Source: Oikopleura dioica (Eukaryota > Animalia > Chordata). Taken from it: 64,000 bases of DNA. The stretch covers positions 7,068,001 to 7,132,000 of the forward strand of contig OU015567.1 of assembly GCA_907165135.1 (NCBI GenBank), given 5' to 3'. Every line of letters begins with the position of its first letter. Position 1 is the stretch's first letter. The notes below the pieces were generated by a model that was given only the letters and a program-made list of their open reading frames with translations, was not told the DNA's origin and did not search any database. Made by a program: the position numbers and the translations under genes. Positions 1 to 14,591 of this stretch are shown piece after piece.

Positions 1-738
1 CTCTCCCGGGGTGTCATCTCCCACAATTCTCAGTTCTCAAAGACTCCTTCCGTCCGACCAAGTTCATCATTCTCACCTAGGAGGCCGCTTCATCTCTCAA
101 AAGTCTATTAATAGAACTTTGAAAATTAAGGGGCTGGACATCTTTAATCGCGATTTTCGAGATGATATTTTCCAAAAAAAAATTAGACATTGACTCCCTT
201 ATATTTTCGAATTCTGAGTACACAGCTTCAAATAAGGGTCTATCCTTTGTTCACATTTGAATAATCAAAAGTTAAATTAATTGAAAATTGAAAAGCAAAG
301 CACTGATTTTTGAATATTAATCAATCAATCAGACTCTGAACTTTCGAACTCATAGACTGGTAATGAACTCATTTTTTGTAAAAATCGATGAATCAATTTA
401 TTTCAACTGATTTGCATCGCCGAGCGACGAATGAACTAAAGTCGTCAATTTCAACCCCAAGAGAAGAAGAGAAGAAGGGAGACTGTTAAAACTAATCCCC
501 CAGAAACCAAATTTGAAGTAATTACAAAAATGAACTCAAAAACAGCAGAAGAGATCTGAAGAGAAGACAGAGACGTAGACTGAAACGAGAAAAAGGAAAA
601 TGAAGAAAGAAGAGTCTGGAGAATCGAATGCACATAAATTATGTGACATAATTAAATTAAAGAAATGACGTCAATTGTAATCAAAATTAGACAAGTTTGA
701 ACTGGGTCACTTCATTTGAACAATTCGTCATAGACGGT

Positions 739-1005
739 TTTTCTTTGAACTTCTCCCAGGTTCAGAAGATGCATTGAACGAAGATAATCGACGGTTCTTA
801 TTTCAGTTCTGATGCGTCCAGAAACTTATCTGAAGATTAGATAGCTGCGCGCGGTTTTCGAATGAAGACAAAATTTGATCATTTATATATCAATTCGAAA
901 GCCGCGCGCGGCTACCTTATCTTCAGATAAGTTTAAGATCACAGAAGAATTGAAATAAGAATCGTCGATTATCCTCTTTCACTTGTGGAAAAAGTTCAAA
1001 GAAAA
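739..1005. mobile_element. ~270-bp imperfect hairpin (MITE-like)
   Basis: Nested inverted repeats: TTTTCTTTGAACTT (739-752) with AAGTTCAAAGAAAA (992-1005); GATAATCGACGGTTCTTATTTCA with TGAAATAAGAATCGTCGATTATC; AAACTTATCTGAAGAT with ATCTTCAGATAAGTTT. Confidence 0.7.
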
Positions 1006-1225
1006 TTCCAGAGAAGCGTGAATTTATTGCCCTCTGCTCGCGCTCTAATTAGGGTACTCAGAGCGTCGTTCACAAAGTCACAAATTGCGCACATTAAAAC
1101 CGGTCTGAAATTGAGTAGCTCCAGTTTTCTGTTTGAAGTTGGAAGAAATAGACAGCAATTCAAAATGAATACAAATGAGAGCATAGGAGTCCAACTCCAA
1201 TGCTGAAAGTCCATGAATCATCCAA

Positions 1226-1868
1226 GATGATTTCAAAAAACTTTTTGTGGGGCCGGAAATCGTAAAAAACTGCAAGTGCAGTTTTCTTCAGTTCGTCAAG
1301 ACGAGTCGAATGATGGGTCTAACTCCTGATAATTCTAAGGATTTACCGGTTTACCGGCTGGTTACCGGAAAATACGTTGTCACCGGCCGTTTTTGTTCTA
1401 GAAGTGATAGACTAGTGTTTGACACCGGAAATTGTTCTTTATAGTCGGTTCTCCTGCAGCCTAAAAGATGAAGGTTGTATCAATTCTCTGAAGAGAGTTA
1501 TCACTAAAAACAGTAATTTTTACTAAAATTTTGTTGTTGCTGCACGTTCCTAATTTCTAGTCCCATTTTCGCCAAAAATAGTATTTTAGTGATAACTCTC
1601 TTCAGAGAATTGATACAACCTTCATCTTTTAGGCTGCAGGAGAACCGACTATAAAGAACAATTTCCGGTGTCAAACACTAGTCTATCACTTCTAGAACAA
1701 AAACGGCCGGTGACAACGTATTTTCCGGTAACCAGCCGGTAAACCGGTAAATCCTTAGAGTTATCAGGAGTTAGACCCATCATTCGACTCATCTTGACGA
1801 ACTGAAGAAAACTGCACTTGCAGTTTTTTTACGATTTCCGGCCCCACAAAAAGTTTTTTGAAATCATC
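1226..1868. mobile_element. Foldback/long-TIR non-autonomous DNA transposon, copy 1
   Basis: Arms 1226-1509 and 1584-1868 are reverse complements (2 substitutions and 1 homopolymer indel seen in ~284 bp), with a 74-bp loop. Termini GATGATTTC...GAAATCATC are flanked by a 3-bp direct repeat CAA. A related copy lies at 34086-34759. Confidence 0.9.
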
Positions 1869-1908
1869 CAATTCAAATTTCATAATTGTCTTATTCCTTG
1901 AAAAGACG

Positions 1909-2001
1909 GATAACCAGTGGAGAAAACCTGAGTTAGGGTCCGAAAGATCTTTCATGAAAAGCCGCCAAACTCAGATTTTCTACTCAGGTTGTCGAGCCCA
2001 G
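1909..2001. mobile_element. Short MITE, CTGGGCTCGGCAACCTGTGT-TIR family (left end degenerate)
   Basis: Right end ACTCAGGTTGTCGAGCCCAG matches the ends of copies at 5437, 13726 and 14809. Confidence 0.5.
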
Positions 2002-2005
2002 TTAC

Positions 2006-2491
2006 TGTAACTAATTTCCGGCTAAGCAAAGGCAGAATTCAGCACGAAATTAAAATTAGATGAGTCATAATCTCTTTGAAGCTCACTGTGAGTTATCTCC
2101 CTTCGTGTTGAAGGGTTGAAGAGGACCCCTTGAACTTGGAACTTGGTCGTAGTGGATCGAGGCGGCTGGGCGCTGAATCGCGGCGCTGTGAGTGGCGCGA
2201 GCGATCGACCAATCAGCGCGTCGCTTGCGCCCGCGTCCTCCAGCAGAGCCCGCCTACGTGTTTTCTTTCTGGGACGATCCACACTGCGAGTTTTGCCTCT
2301 GGACGAGCTCTCTGTCTCGCCACGGACTCGCCAGTGAGCTCCCTCTTTCTCTCTCTGTTCTCCCAGGCCCGGCACCTCTCTAAGGTGCTCCTGCCCAATT
2401 ACAAGCCCCCCTTTGTTAAAATAAAAAACAGCCATTTTTGGGACAAAAATCTAAAGAACACAAAACAGACTCCGCCGAAAGAGATTATACA
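2006..2491. mobile_element. Candidate solo LTR
   Basis: TGTAA...TATACA ends, internal GC-rich CCAAT region and AATAAA, flanked by GTTAC/GTAAC (5-bp repeat with one mismatch). Confidence 0.4.
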
Positions 2492-4776
2492 GTAACCCAA
2501 TACTGCCCAGAAGATTAACATAAGTGCCACAAACTGAATCTTTGAACGTTCAGCTATTGAGAGATACGCCCTTAAGAAAAGTGAAAATTGAGAAAGAAAA
2601 AAAGAATATAAGAAACAGAAAAATTTAATCAAAGGTATTTCTTTTGAGTTTTATGATTATGTAATACGTTTTTTGGCGAATCCCAGGAGGTGGAAGGCTA
2701 TATTTATGCAATAATAAAAATAATCGTTACGCCCATCACGATAGTTATTATTTTTGTCCTTTTTATTTCGAAAAGGGGCTAATTGTTTTTAACCCCTTTG
2801 AACCCGAATTGTACTGAAAACGTCTATTCGGCGATTTGCAGACTTTCAAAGAATTTTTTTTATTGAAGAAGGAATGTCAATTAGATTTTAATTTTGATTA
2901 AAAATCATTACAGTAAGAAAAATGCGGAAATAGTTGTTCAAATCTAAAGACGCAGATTGAATTCTATGACTAAATGATGAGTTTTCAGAAATAAGATACA
3001 GCCGCTCTTGGGAGCTTGATTTCTTGTTCGGAATTTAATCACCGCTTTTTCTAAATAGCTTAATTTAATTTGCTCGGCAGCTGATTACTGATTGTTATTT
3101 ATTCTTAGCCGTTTTTCTTTCAAGACAACATTCAAGTTCGCTTTTCTTTCGTTTTTTGGTTCCAGTAGTTTGAAATTAGCAAACGCAGCTGTTTCGTTTT
3201 GAGAGTTGCAAATGTGCGCATTTTTGGATTGAAACTTTTGCGCTCATATTTGAAACACTTTACGGCAGAATTCCAAAAACTTGAGAAAACTTTCACCCCG
3301 GGGCGATAGATGCTGAGGGCCTTACCCACCATTGACAGTCTCTCTTTTCCGAGTTCATCGTGGGCCACTTATCTGCAGTCGTATACTTCGGCCATGTAAT
3401 TTTCTGAGAAGGTATCAAAGGAATCCTTTGATGAAGTCACTCTGCTCGGAAACCTGTGTAGAAAACCTGAGTAAAGATTTGAGAGAGCTAAAATAGAAAG
3501 CCGCGTAGCGGCTTTTTTTAAACCGAACCCGCAAATTATTATGGGTTTCTCTGTAGTAATTTTGGCGAAGCCGCTTTGCGGCTTTCATTTTAGCTTTTTC
3601 AATATCCTGACTCAGGATTCCGGGCCTACGAATCAAAGGAGCCATAAAGTGTATTTGGCTCATTGATTTGGCTTCAATTTGGAAAAGTAACTCAGCCGCA
3701 GATCATAATTTAAAGAAAAGGAGTGACATTTTCATTCAAATGAATTTGCGCGCCAAAGAATTTTACGTCTCCCAGGAGCATAAATTCTACGTGATTACGC
3801 TTTTATCCTGAGTAAATGATAGGATCAGAAAGAAGCTCGGCTCAAATATTTATCGATCCCTCCGTGTTCTGAATTGATACAGTCACATTCCTACTGTCTG
3901 AAGCACAGACAGCTGGGGAATTGTTTCAGTATTGCTACAGTCTTTTTTTCGAAGTGTTCTTTGGTTTGGCGATGATTATTTATTGATCATTTTCAGATGT
4001 CTAAAGCTGCAGCAGTTTGAGAGGATCATCAGTCAATCCAGTTTTTTTGCAATCAAGGAGGAGTCAATCAAGACTGTTTTTGTCTGGGTTCTTTTTGTAG
4101 ACAAAAACAATCAGCTGCAGATTGTTCTTTCTAAGGCACAAAAATAACTGATGAAGAACAAGGTCGCTAATTAGTAATAAGCAAATTCGCAGCTTCGTTT
4201 CCTCGAATTCTTTGATGCTCATTTTGAAGGGAATAACTCATTCCGAATGATAAACGATAGTAAATTAAACTTTAATCAAAAACGTCATGGCTTCGAGAAG
4301 AAAGGTAGGATAAGGATATTCTTCTGAGGTTGGAGAACTGTCGCCACATCGGAGACACGCCGTAGGGCGAAAATCCCCGTTGATTGGCCACCAGAGTTTG
4401 ACAAGTGGCGTGTTTCACGATTGAAAAGAACCTTTTTTGAACCGCAGTTCAAATTCAAATTGACACTACTGCGAAAACGTTTTGACACTTATCTTTCCAG
4501 AATCAGAGGAGTTAATGTTATGACAAATCCTAAAGGAAATGGGCGCTTCCGAATCTCAAGATAGCTTCTTTTTTGCCTTTCAGGGAGATTTTTGGATCAT
4601 AGATTTCTCTTGAAAATGGCTGTAAATCGAAAAGCCGCTTGGGGCTTTGAGGGAAACCGAGCTCTTAGCGCGGTTTTTTTTTTTATAACTCTTTCTTCTA
4701 CCCTTTTCTTCTGCGATTCTTTACAGATATGCCTTTGCGTGATCAAACATTTGCGTTAATCTGCGGTTGCTTTCAG

Positions 4777-4929
4777 ATGTCATCGGAGGCAGTCGAATTC
4801 GTGCAGGCAAAGTGGCAGAAACTCATTGATCAGCTGGAGGCGCAATCAACAAGGACAAAGGCAAACTGCCCAAAGAAGCTGGGAAACAACGGGCCCTATG
4901 TATATGTCGATCGGCGTAGATATGTGGAG
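4777..4929 (+). CDS. Candidate orphan coding exon (MSSEAVEFVQAKWQKLIDQLEAQ...YVE)
   Basis: TTTCAG acceptor directly before ATG, 51 open codons, then a GAG|GTAATC donor. Downstream exons not resolved. Confidence 0.3.
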
Positions 4930-5436
4930 GTAATCACATCCTACTAAAGAGAGGGGGTTGAACGACTGTACGGTACAATTAAATTGCAGCAAACCCGATT
5001 TTCTTATTTAAAAAACGAGAGAAGCTGAGAAACGCGGGGAAAACTAAGTAACAAGGTCAAATGCTGTATAATCTGACTGTAGCTCCGAGCCTAACTTCAT
5101 GTCATTCTGAGTTCTCTCTTGGAAGATTAGATTGATTAAACTTGTTTACCAGAACGCAGCGTAATTTTAGCCGAACAGCCGAAACTTTACAAGTTTTTAT
5201 GTCCTTATGATTGTAATGCCCTGTAACAGATTGTGGACCGTTCATTCAATCTTGTTTATAAAATATTTACGATCGGGCCTAACACCTTTTCTTATTTTGG
5301 CCATCTTATATCATCTCTTTCGAATCGGTTCTTCTCGTACAGACATTGCCCTTATTACGACAACCCAAGAGGCTCAATTGAATATTTAAAAGGTAATTGA
5401 CTCGAGGTGATCCTTAATTTTATAAACGGCCCCCTC

Positions 5437-5541
5437 CTGGCTCGGCAATCTGTGTAGAAAACCTGAATCAGGGTCTGAACTCAGAGAATCAGGATCTTTC
5501 AGAATCTTACTCCGGTTTTCAACACAGATCGTCGAACCCAG
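5437..5541. mobile_element. Short MITE, CTGGGCTCGGCAACCTGTGT-TIR family
   Basis: CTGGCTCGGCAATCTGTGTAGAAAACC ... GGTTTTCAACACAGATCGTCGAACCCAG imperfect TIRs. Confidence 0.75.
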
Positions 5542-6597
5542 CGCGCCTTAGCAGGGCCTATTCAACAGATTTACTGAAGAAACACGCCCGAAAACGGACT
5601 TCCTTCCCTCGTTTTGGTTTTGTACTAGATCGGCAGCCAGGAACATTGATTTGATTTTACACAAGTTTGCAGTTTATCGGGCGCCGCTTAGGCTCTCCTT
5701 TTCCCGCGCTCGGGGACATATTTCCGCGTGCATTATTTATCTTAAAATGCTGAAATATTTACCCAAAAACTAATCCCGGTCGGTCTTTCTTTTCTGCTCG
5801 CCAAGATCAGCCAAGACGGACCCTGGCGGATGTCGACCGACCCTCGGGGCGTAATGATCTTGAATGGACAAAAAATATTGATTCAGACTTTTGCCCCCTG
5901 CCAGCATCACCGCTGCTGTACCGTACAGTATTAGCCTTATCAGTTAGAGATAACAAAGTATCCCCAACCTTTTTCCTCGAGAAAATATCGCGATTATCTT
6001 TACACAGCTTCGAAAACCCCTGATCTTTGAATAGGAAGCAATTGATGCAGAATTTAGCTAAAGATAATCGAAGCGAATCTTAGCTGCAGAAGTGAGTAAA
6101 AGCGAAATAGAAATACTTTATAAGCGGCTGACGTACTTCTATCAAAGAATGAGCGAAGCGAGGCTTCGCTACAAATGAAGAAGAAGCGAAAACCAGCTCT
6201 TTTTATTCGCTTCGCTCATGCTCTGTATCGGGGTGATCTCTACAGATCTCTGTAGCGAAGATTCGCTTCGATTCACATCTTCGTAGAAATCCGAAAATTG
6301 CGCGAGTCATTGATTTTTTCAGCCCTTCACTCCCTTCGACATCTCCAAGCTGACTCCACCAAATTTGAAAGCAAATAGCAAAGAATCGTAGATCGAAAAG
6401 AATCTTTATCGAAAACATCAAAATTGAAAATCCCAATTTGCATATCTCAATTTCACCTTTATTTTTCTACTTCTATTTTCCTGTAATAGATTATTATATT
6501 TTCTGTAGCTCTCATTTATTTACCGCTAATCGGATTTATTCAGATTGGGTTATTCTACGAAACAGTGAAATCGTAGAACGCAGAAAAAGAGAGAAAA

Positions 6598-9250
<2,653 letters not shown>

Positions 9251-10206
9251 GAAGGAAATAACGAAGAAGCGAAAGAAGAGTTGTAGATCGTCTTCAATTT
9301 TTATGAAGCAAATGTTTGCGAACTCGGATGTGTATAAACGAAAAAGAACGCTCATTTCAGTCGATTCTCACAGTCGTTAAATTTAAGAAAGCCTCTTCAA
9401 ATTCCAGTTAGGCAATTTTTCACGCAATTCTTAGGACTTTCATATCAAGCGTTTTGATTGGTCCGAATTTCTTTAGAATGCTTTTGATTGGCAGATTTTG
9501 CTTCTTACCTTTTTTTCTTTGTTTTTGATCCGCTGGAATTAAGGAATTGTCTGATTTTAGATTGAAATTGGAATTTCGCTTTGATAGGTCCTAAACTACT
9601 TGCCTCCATCCCCTGGGTCTGACTTGGCTGACCAGTGGGAGACTCACTCGTCTAGAACAAGCCAAGTCCAAGCCCAGAACCAATGCCAGCCCAACCGACA
9701 AATACGCGCAGTCGCAGCCAGCGAAACCCCACAGGAACGGTTTCTAACTACACGGATCTCATTTTTATCGATTAATTCTCTAGAACGTGATAGCACCCGC
9801 CTATTTTTTCCATTTCTACTGGGCCTTATCCCATTACAAGAGAGATCAAGGTCGATATTCAATACATGGGCTACAGTAAAAGTAAGAAAATCAAGCCCAA
9901 CTCACTAGGAACTGCTAGAAAAACTCGTAAAATTGAAGAAAGATTAACTTTAGCTCAAAGCCGCAAGCGGCTTCTCCATTCTGAGCAAATTTATTAGGGT
10001 TTCTTCTTCATCGAGATTTCTAGCTGTATATGAGAAATGTTTTCTGAGCCGCGAGATCTCCTCAGAGCTCAGGCACTCCGAACAGAGGGTCGTAGCCTTT
10101 TGAGTGGCCAGTTAAGGGTCTTCCTATTTTAATCATTCAATGCGTATTGAAAGCGCTTCTGCGCCCTTACGAAAAATTTTGTGCAGACCCATAAAATTAG
10201 CAGCTC

Positions 10207-12418
10207 ATGCTCCATTCACGGACCGCAACTCCGACTTCTGCGGGTGCATCCGTCACCAGTTATAATCTCCCGTCGCCTAGCGGCGGGCGCGGCAAGGGAC
10301 AAGTTAGAAACTCGGAGTCAGATGGCAGCAGAGATCGAAATGTGCTCATGGTCGGGCCGAACTTCCGCGTCGGCAAGAAGATCGGCTGCGGCAATTTCGG
10401 CGAACTGCGACTCGGTAAATCTTTGTCAATGTTAGCTTCTTATTAACGATGACTTTTTAGGTAAAAATTTATACACAAACGAGCATGTGGCGATCAAGCT
10501 GGAGCCGATGAAGAGTCGGGCTCCTCAACTCCATCTAGAGTACAAGTACTACAAGTTAATGAGCAACCCAAGTACGTACTCTCTACCTGTTTCCCCTCGT
10601 AACTAATTTTCTAATTATAGAGGGTATCCCGCAAGTCTACTACTTTGGCCCCTGTGGACGCTTCAATGCGATGGTGCTGGAACTGTTAGGCCCCTCCTTA
10701 GAAGATTTATTCGACTTGTGCAACAGACGATTCACCCTCAAGACAGTTTTATTAATCGCCATTCAACTGGTACGCCCTTAATCATTAACTCTTTGATCAA
10801 CCTCTTTCTTTTCAGATATCACGTGTAGAATATGTGCATAACAAACATTTAATATACAGAGACGTCAAGCCGGAAAACTTTCTCATTGGCCGGGTTAATT
10901 CAGATACACAAAACACAATTCATATTATCGGTAAGCTCTTTCTCGCTACAGCCGCGCTAACCCACGGTTTCTTTAGACTTTGGCCTTGCGAAAGAATACA
11001 TTGACGCAGAGACGAAAAAACACATTCCCTATAGAGAACACAAATCGCTGACTGGTACAGCGAGATATATGAGTATAAATACTCATCTTGGAAAAGGTAG
11101 AATCCACCAAAATCTTGGCTAGACTAACCTGTTCTTAGAGCAAAGCCGCCGAGATGATCTCGAAGCTCTGGGACACATGTTTATGTACTTTTTACGCGGA
11201 TCCCTTCCATGGCAAGGCTTAAAGGTACGCTTTACTCGCTCAGCCCTCTTTCCGTGATCCATGATATACATTTTTTATTCATCGATCTCTTTGATTTAAC
11301 CCGTCAACGCACAATGGCGCAAAACTGAAGGCTCCTGCACGTTTTGTGTCACCACTGCCTTGACGGGTTAAAGATAATAAACGACGCCTAATCTCTTTCG
11401 AAGTACGAAAAGATTACGCGAGTGTAAAGATGCTTTCCTTGACAAAAAATGCACGACAATAGCAAAAATATGCCCTAAAATGTCCGAAAATGCAGTTTGA
11501 CATGTATATCAATTTAGGCTGAGACTTTAAAAGAGAGATATCAGAAAATTGGAGATACAAAGAGGACGACGCCTATCGAATCTCTCTGTGAGAATTCTCC
11601 AGGTACGAAATGAACAGGAAAGAAAGGGCCAAACATGGAATTTTCAGACGAAATGGCAACCTATCTACGATACGTGCGTCATCTAGACTTTTTCGAGCAG
11701 CCGGACTACGACTACCTGCGGAAGCTGTTCACCGATCTCTACGAGAGAATGGGCTACGGCCAAGTGCCCGGCCCCAACGAAATTCCCGAGTTCGACTGGG
11801 CTAACAAGCAGCTGGTAAGTAACAGAGCACCAATCATTGACAAAATAAAAGACATAAACTCAGTCCCCAGATGAGCAGATTTTGGTAAGAAACGCGAGCG
11901 AGAGAAAGAAAAAAGAGAGAGAGGCATTTTTTAAGCCTTTGAAAATTTTGATAAAGGCAGTTTGAAACCATTTTTTAACGAAAAGGGAGAATAATTGGTC
12001 CCTATTTGAATTTTCTCCCCTTATCGAACTTTCGCTTCTCTTAGATTTAATTTCTATTTTCAGCCTCTAACGACGGCAGTGAGCACGCAGCCCAACTCGT
12101 CGAGTACTCAGCCGAATCAGGTAAATTTGAAATAAGCCAAGATCAATTCCAACCATTTGACAGAAGATTAAGGAGCCGACTCAACAGCCATCAGTGAATC
12201 CACCTGTCAATACTACTGTTAATAGAGATACAGTATCGGAAACAAAGTAAGTCTTCAAAAAACACCAGAAATGCACTGAAATCAAGGAAGAGTAAGTACT
12301 CTTAAGAGTTCTTAAATCTTCAAATAAGACCTGAAAATGGCAACTTATTCACCCTTTTTTCAGATGCTTTTGCTGCTGGAAAGGAAAGAGCTCGCGTTCT
12401 GTGCCAAAAAGGAGCTGA
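10207..12418 (+). CDS. CSNK1G: Casein kinase I gamma, multi-exon
   Basis: [88 protein letters not shown], and the gamma-type C-terminal ETKCFCCWK palmitoylation-like motif. The start codon could lie further upstream. Confidence 0.95.
11300..11367. mobile_element. 68-bp piggyBac-like mini-element in a CSNK1G intron
   Basis: TTAA|CCCGTCAA ... TTGACGGG|TTAA: TTAA duplication and CCC termini, as in piggyBac. Confidence 0.55.
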
Positions 12419-13725
12419 AGTTGGCATCGTCGCAAATCCAACCTGCCTTGAATTTTGAATCCAATTTTCAAAAGAAAAAAAAACTTGTTGCTGAAAACGC
12501 CTTCTCTCTTTGACACTGTTCCTGATATTCACCGCCGTTAAAACCGAAAAAGAAAAGACAAAAAAAAGAGAACAAGAACGCAACGAGAAAAACGCGCAAC
12601 TTTCAAATGTCAAGTTTTTTTATTTAAAACTAAATTATTTTCAAAACAAACAAAATAGACTCTATTCTAAAAAAATCTACTCTCTGTCTGTAACTTGCTC
12701 TACTTTATTTTCAACTCAGCCCAAGTCTCAACTCATCCCATGTATCATTTTTATTTTTCTACCGACTTTTCCGGGCCCCTAAGTTGAATTTACAGTCACT
12801 CCACCACTAGTGAGAGCTTTTCAAGTTAACTCTTTTGGTGAGGAAATTTCAAAATTGCGCTGAAATTTCATGAAAACATTATTTAAAAAAAGTGCACAAA
12901 ACAGTTCATTTCGGCGCCGCAATTCTAGTGTCTTACAAATTTGACATTGATTTAAAAAAAAACTCTTATCGGCTCTTTCAATTTCCCCTCAACTAGAAAA
13001 CATAAAAACGGGTTAAAATTGTTTAACCCGTAAAAAGCCAACTTTCAACTCAATTTTTCGAAGTTCACTAGCCTTTTAATGAAGACGACAAAAAATGAAT
13101 AATTAAAAAAAACTCAACACACTGTGCATTTTCTTCAGTCTCCCTCTCATTTTTTTAATTTCCCTGTTTCGAATTTGGCCCGTTTCGAAGTTTTTGAAAA
13201 ACCCGCCGAATTTCCCGCCAATAAAAACTATCAGTAAATTATTTCTCGTTTTCGACCAATCAAATTTCCCGATTTTCATCCTTGGCCAATCAAGTCAGCC
13301 AGTTTCTTTTCAAAAACTTCGAATTGGACCAAGAACCTCCTGTTTTTGCTCTGCATCAAAAAATACTTTTTGAAAGTCAAATATTCCAATTTACACCAAA
13401 ATTCTCGGAGAAAAAAAACCCACTTTCCTATTTGAATTGAACCAAATTCTACTTGCGGGGGAAGACCTTAGGAATAAAATTAAAAGAAAACCTAAATAAA
13501 GCAAAACACTCTATTCTAAAAACCCACTCGTGTCATGTCAACTTTCAAAAAAAAAATTGCAAGAAAGAAAAAATTCACAGAGTTTCAAGAAAAAAATGCA
13601 AAATCCGCCACTCTCTGTAAATTTACTATTGAAGACTTTTTGCCAAATAAAAAACTTATTTTCAATGGACCTAAATTTAAAATTTGCAATTCTAAATGCG
13701 ATTCGCATTTCTCTCCTTCGGCAGA

Positions 13726-13841
13726 CTCGGCTCGGTAACCTGTGTAAAATCCTGAGTCAGGGTCATAAATGAGCTTTAACTTATTTCGGGTCAGCTCTTT
13801 GGGACCCTGACACAGGGTTTAACACAGGTTGCCGAGCCCAG
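13726..13841. mobile_element. Short MITE, CTGGGCTCGGCAACCTGTGT-TIR family
   Basis: CTCGGCTCGGTAACCTGTGTAAAATCCTGAGTCAGGGTC ... GACCCTGACACAGGGTTTAACACAGGTTGCCGAGCCCAG. Confidence 0.75.
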
Positions 13842-14591
13842 TTGGCAGATCCTTGATTCTTTCTTGCAAGAATCTCTAGTACTGTAAAGTCTTTAGTAAA
13901 TCGTCTCTAGAACCCCGGCAACCTGAGAGTTCCTTCTCCGACTTTCACCGATCCAGGAACCAAGAGAAAATGTCAGTCGTGACTTGTAACGTCCCTTAGC
14001 TTCAATTTTATTGTCAGACCTTTTTCAACCAACCAAAAAATAGAAGAAATTCAAAGTGCAAGACCAAAAAAGAAACATTCTAAAAGTCAAATGGTCAAGT
14101 TTTTTCAACCAGTTTTACCTATTTTAAACAGTAATTGTTTCATCATCGGGTAACTTTTTTTGTGTATATTTTTCCCTGTACTCTTACTGTAATTTCCAGT
14201 ATCACACATACATTCATGCATTCAGCCGGTCGAAAAATAAGCAATTAGGTTACCAATTATTCAATTCAATCGGCAATTCTGCCAGATTTTCCCTCGATTT
14301 CGACCAATAAAATCGCGCTGCGACTCTTTTCAACAAATATGAAATCCTCTTAGGCCAAAACATGCTACAACGGTTCCAACTTATGCAGTCCCAGCTTACT
14401 GTAACTGCTGCTTGGGTCTTTTCTACTTTTAAAAACAATCAAGCCTACTTCTTTTAAAAAAATCTAGTGTAACTAAATCCTTGTTCTATTTTTTAAAATG
14501 TTCGACTTTGATTAAAACTTGAAACTTAACATGTTTGAAAAATGATGAGCCCATGTTCTTTTCAGAATTTCGGAAATCTTTATTGAAGAAA

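Noticed and set aside
2022-2495. Six overlapping ORFs of 61-137 aa
   Set aside because: By-product of a GC-rich stretch; no recognisable protein or splice structure.
3132-3663. Two minus-strand ORFs (78 and 82 aa)
   Set aside because: The second overlaps MITE and hairpin sequence; neither has recognisable motifs.
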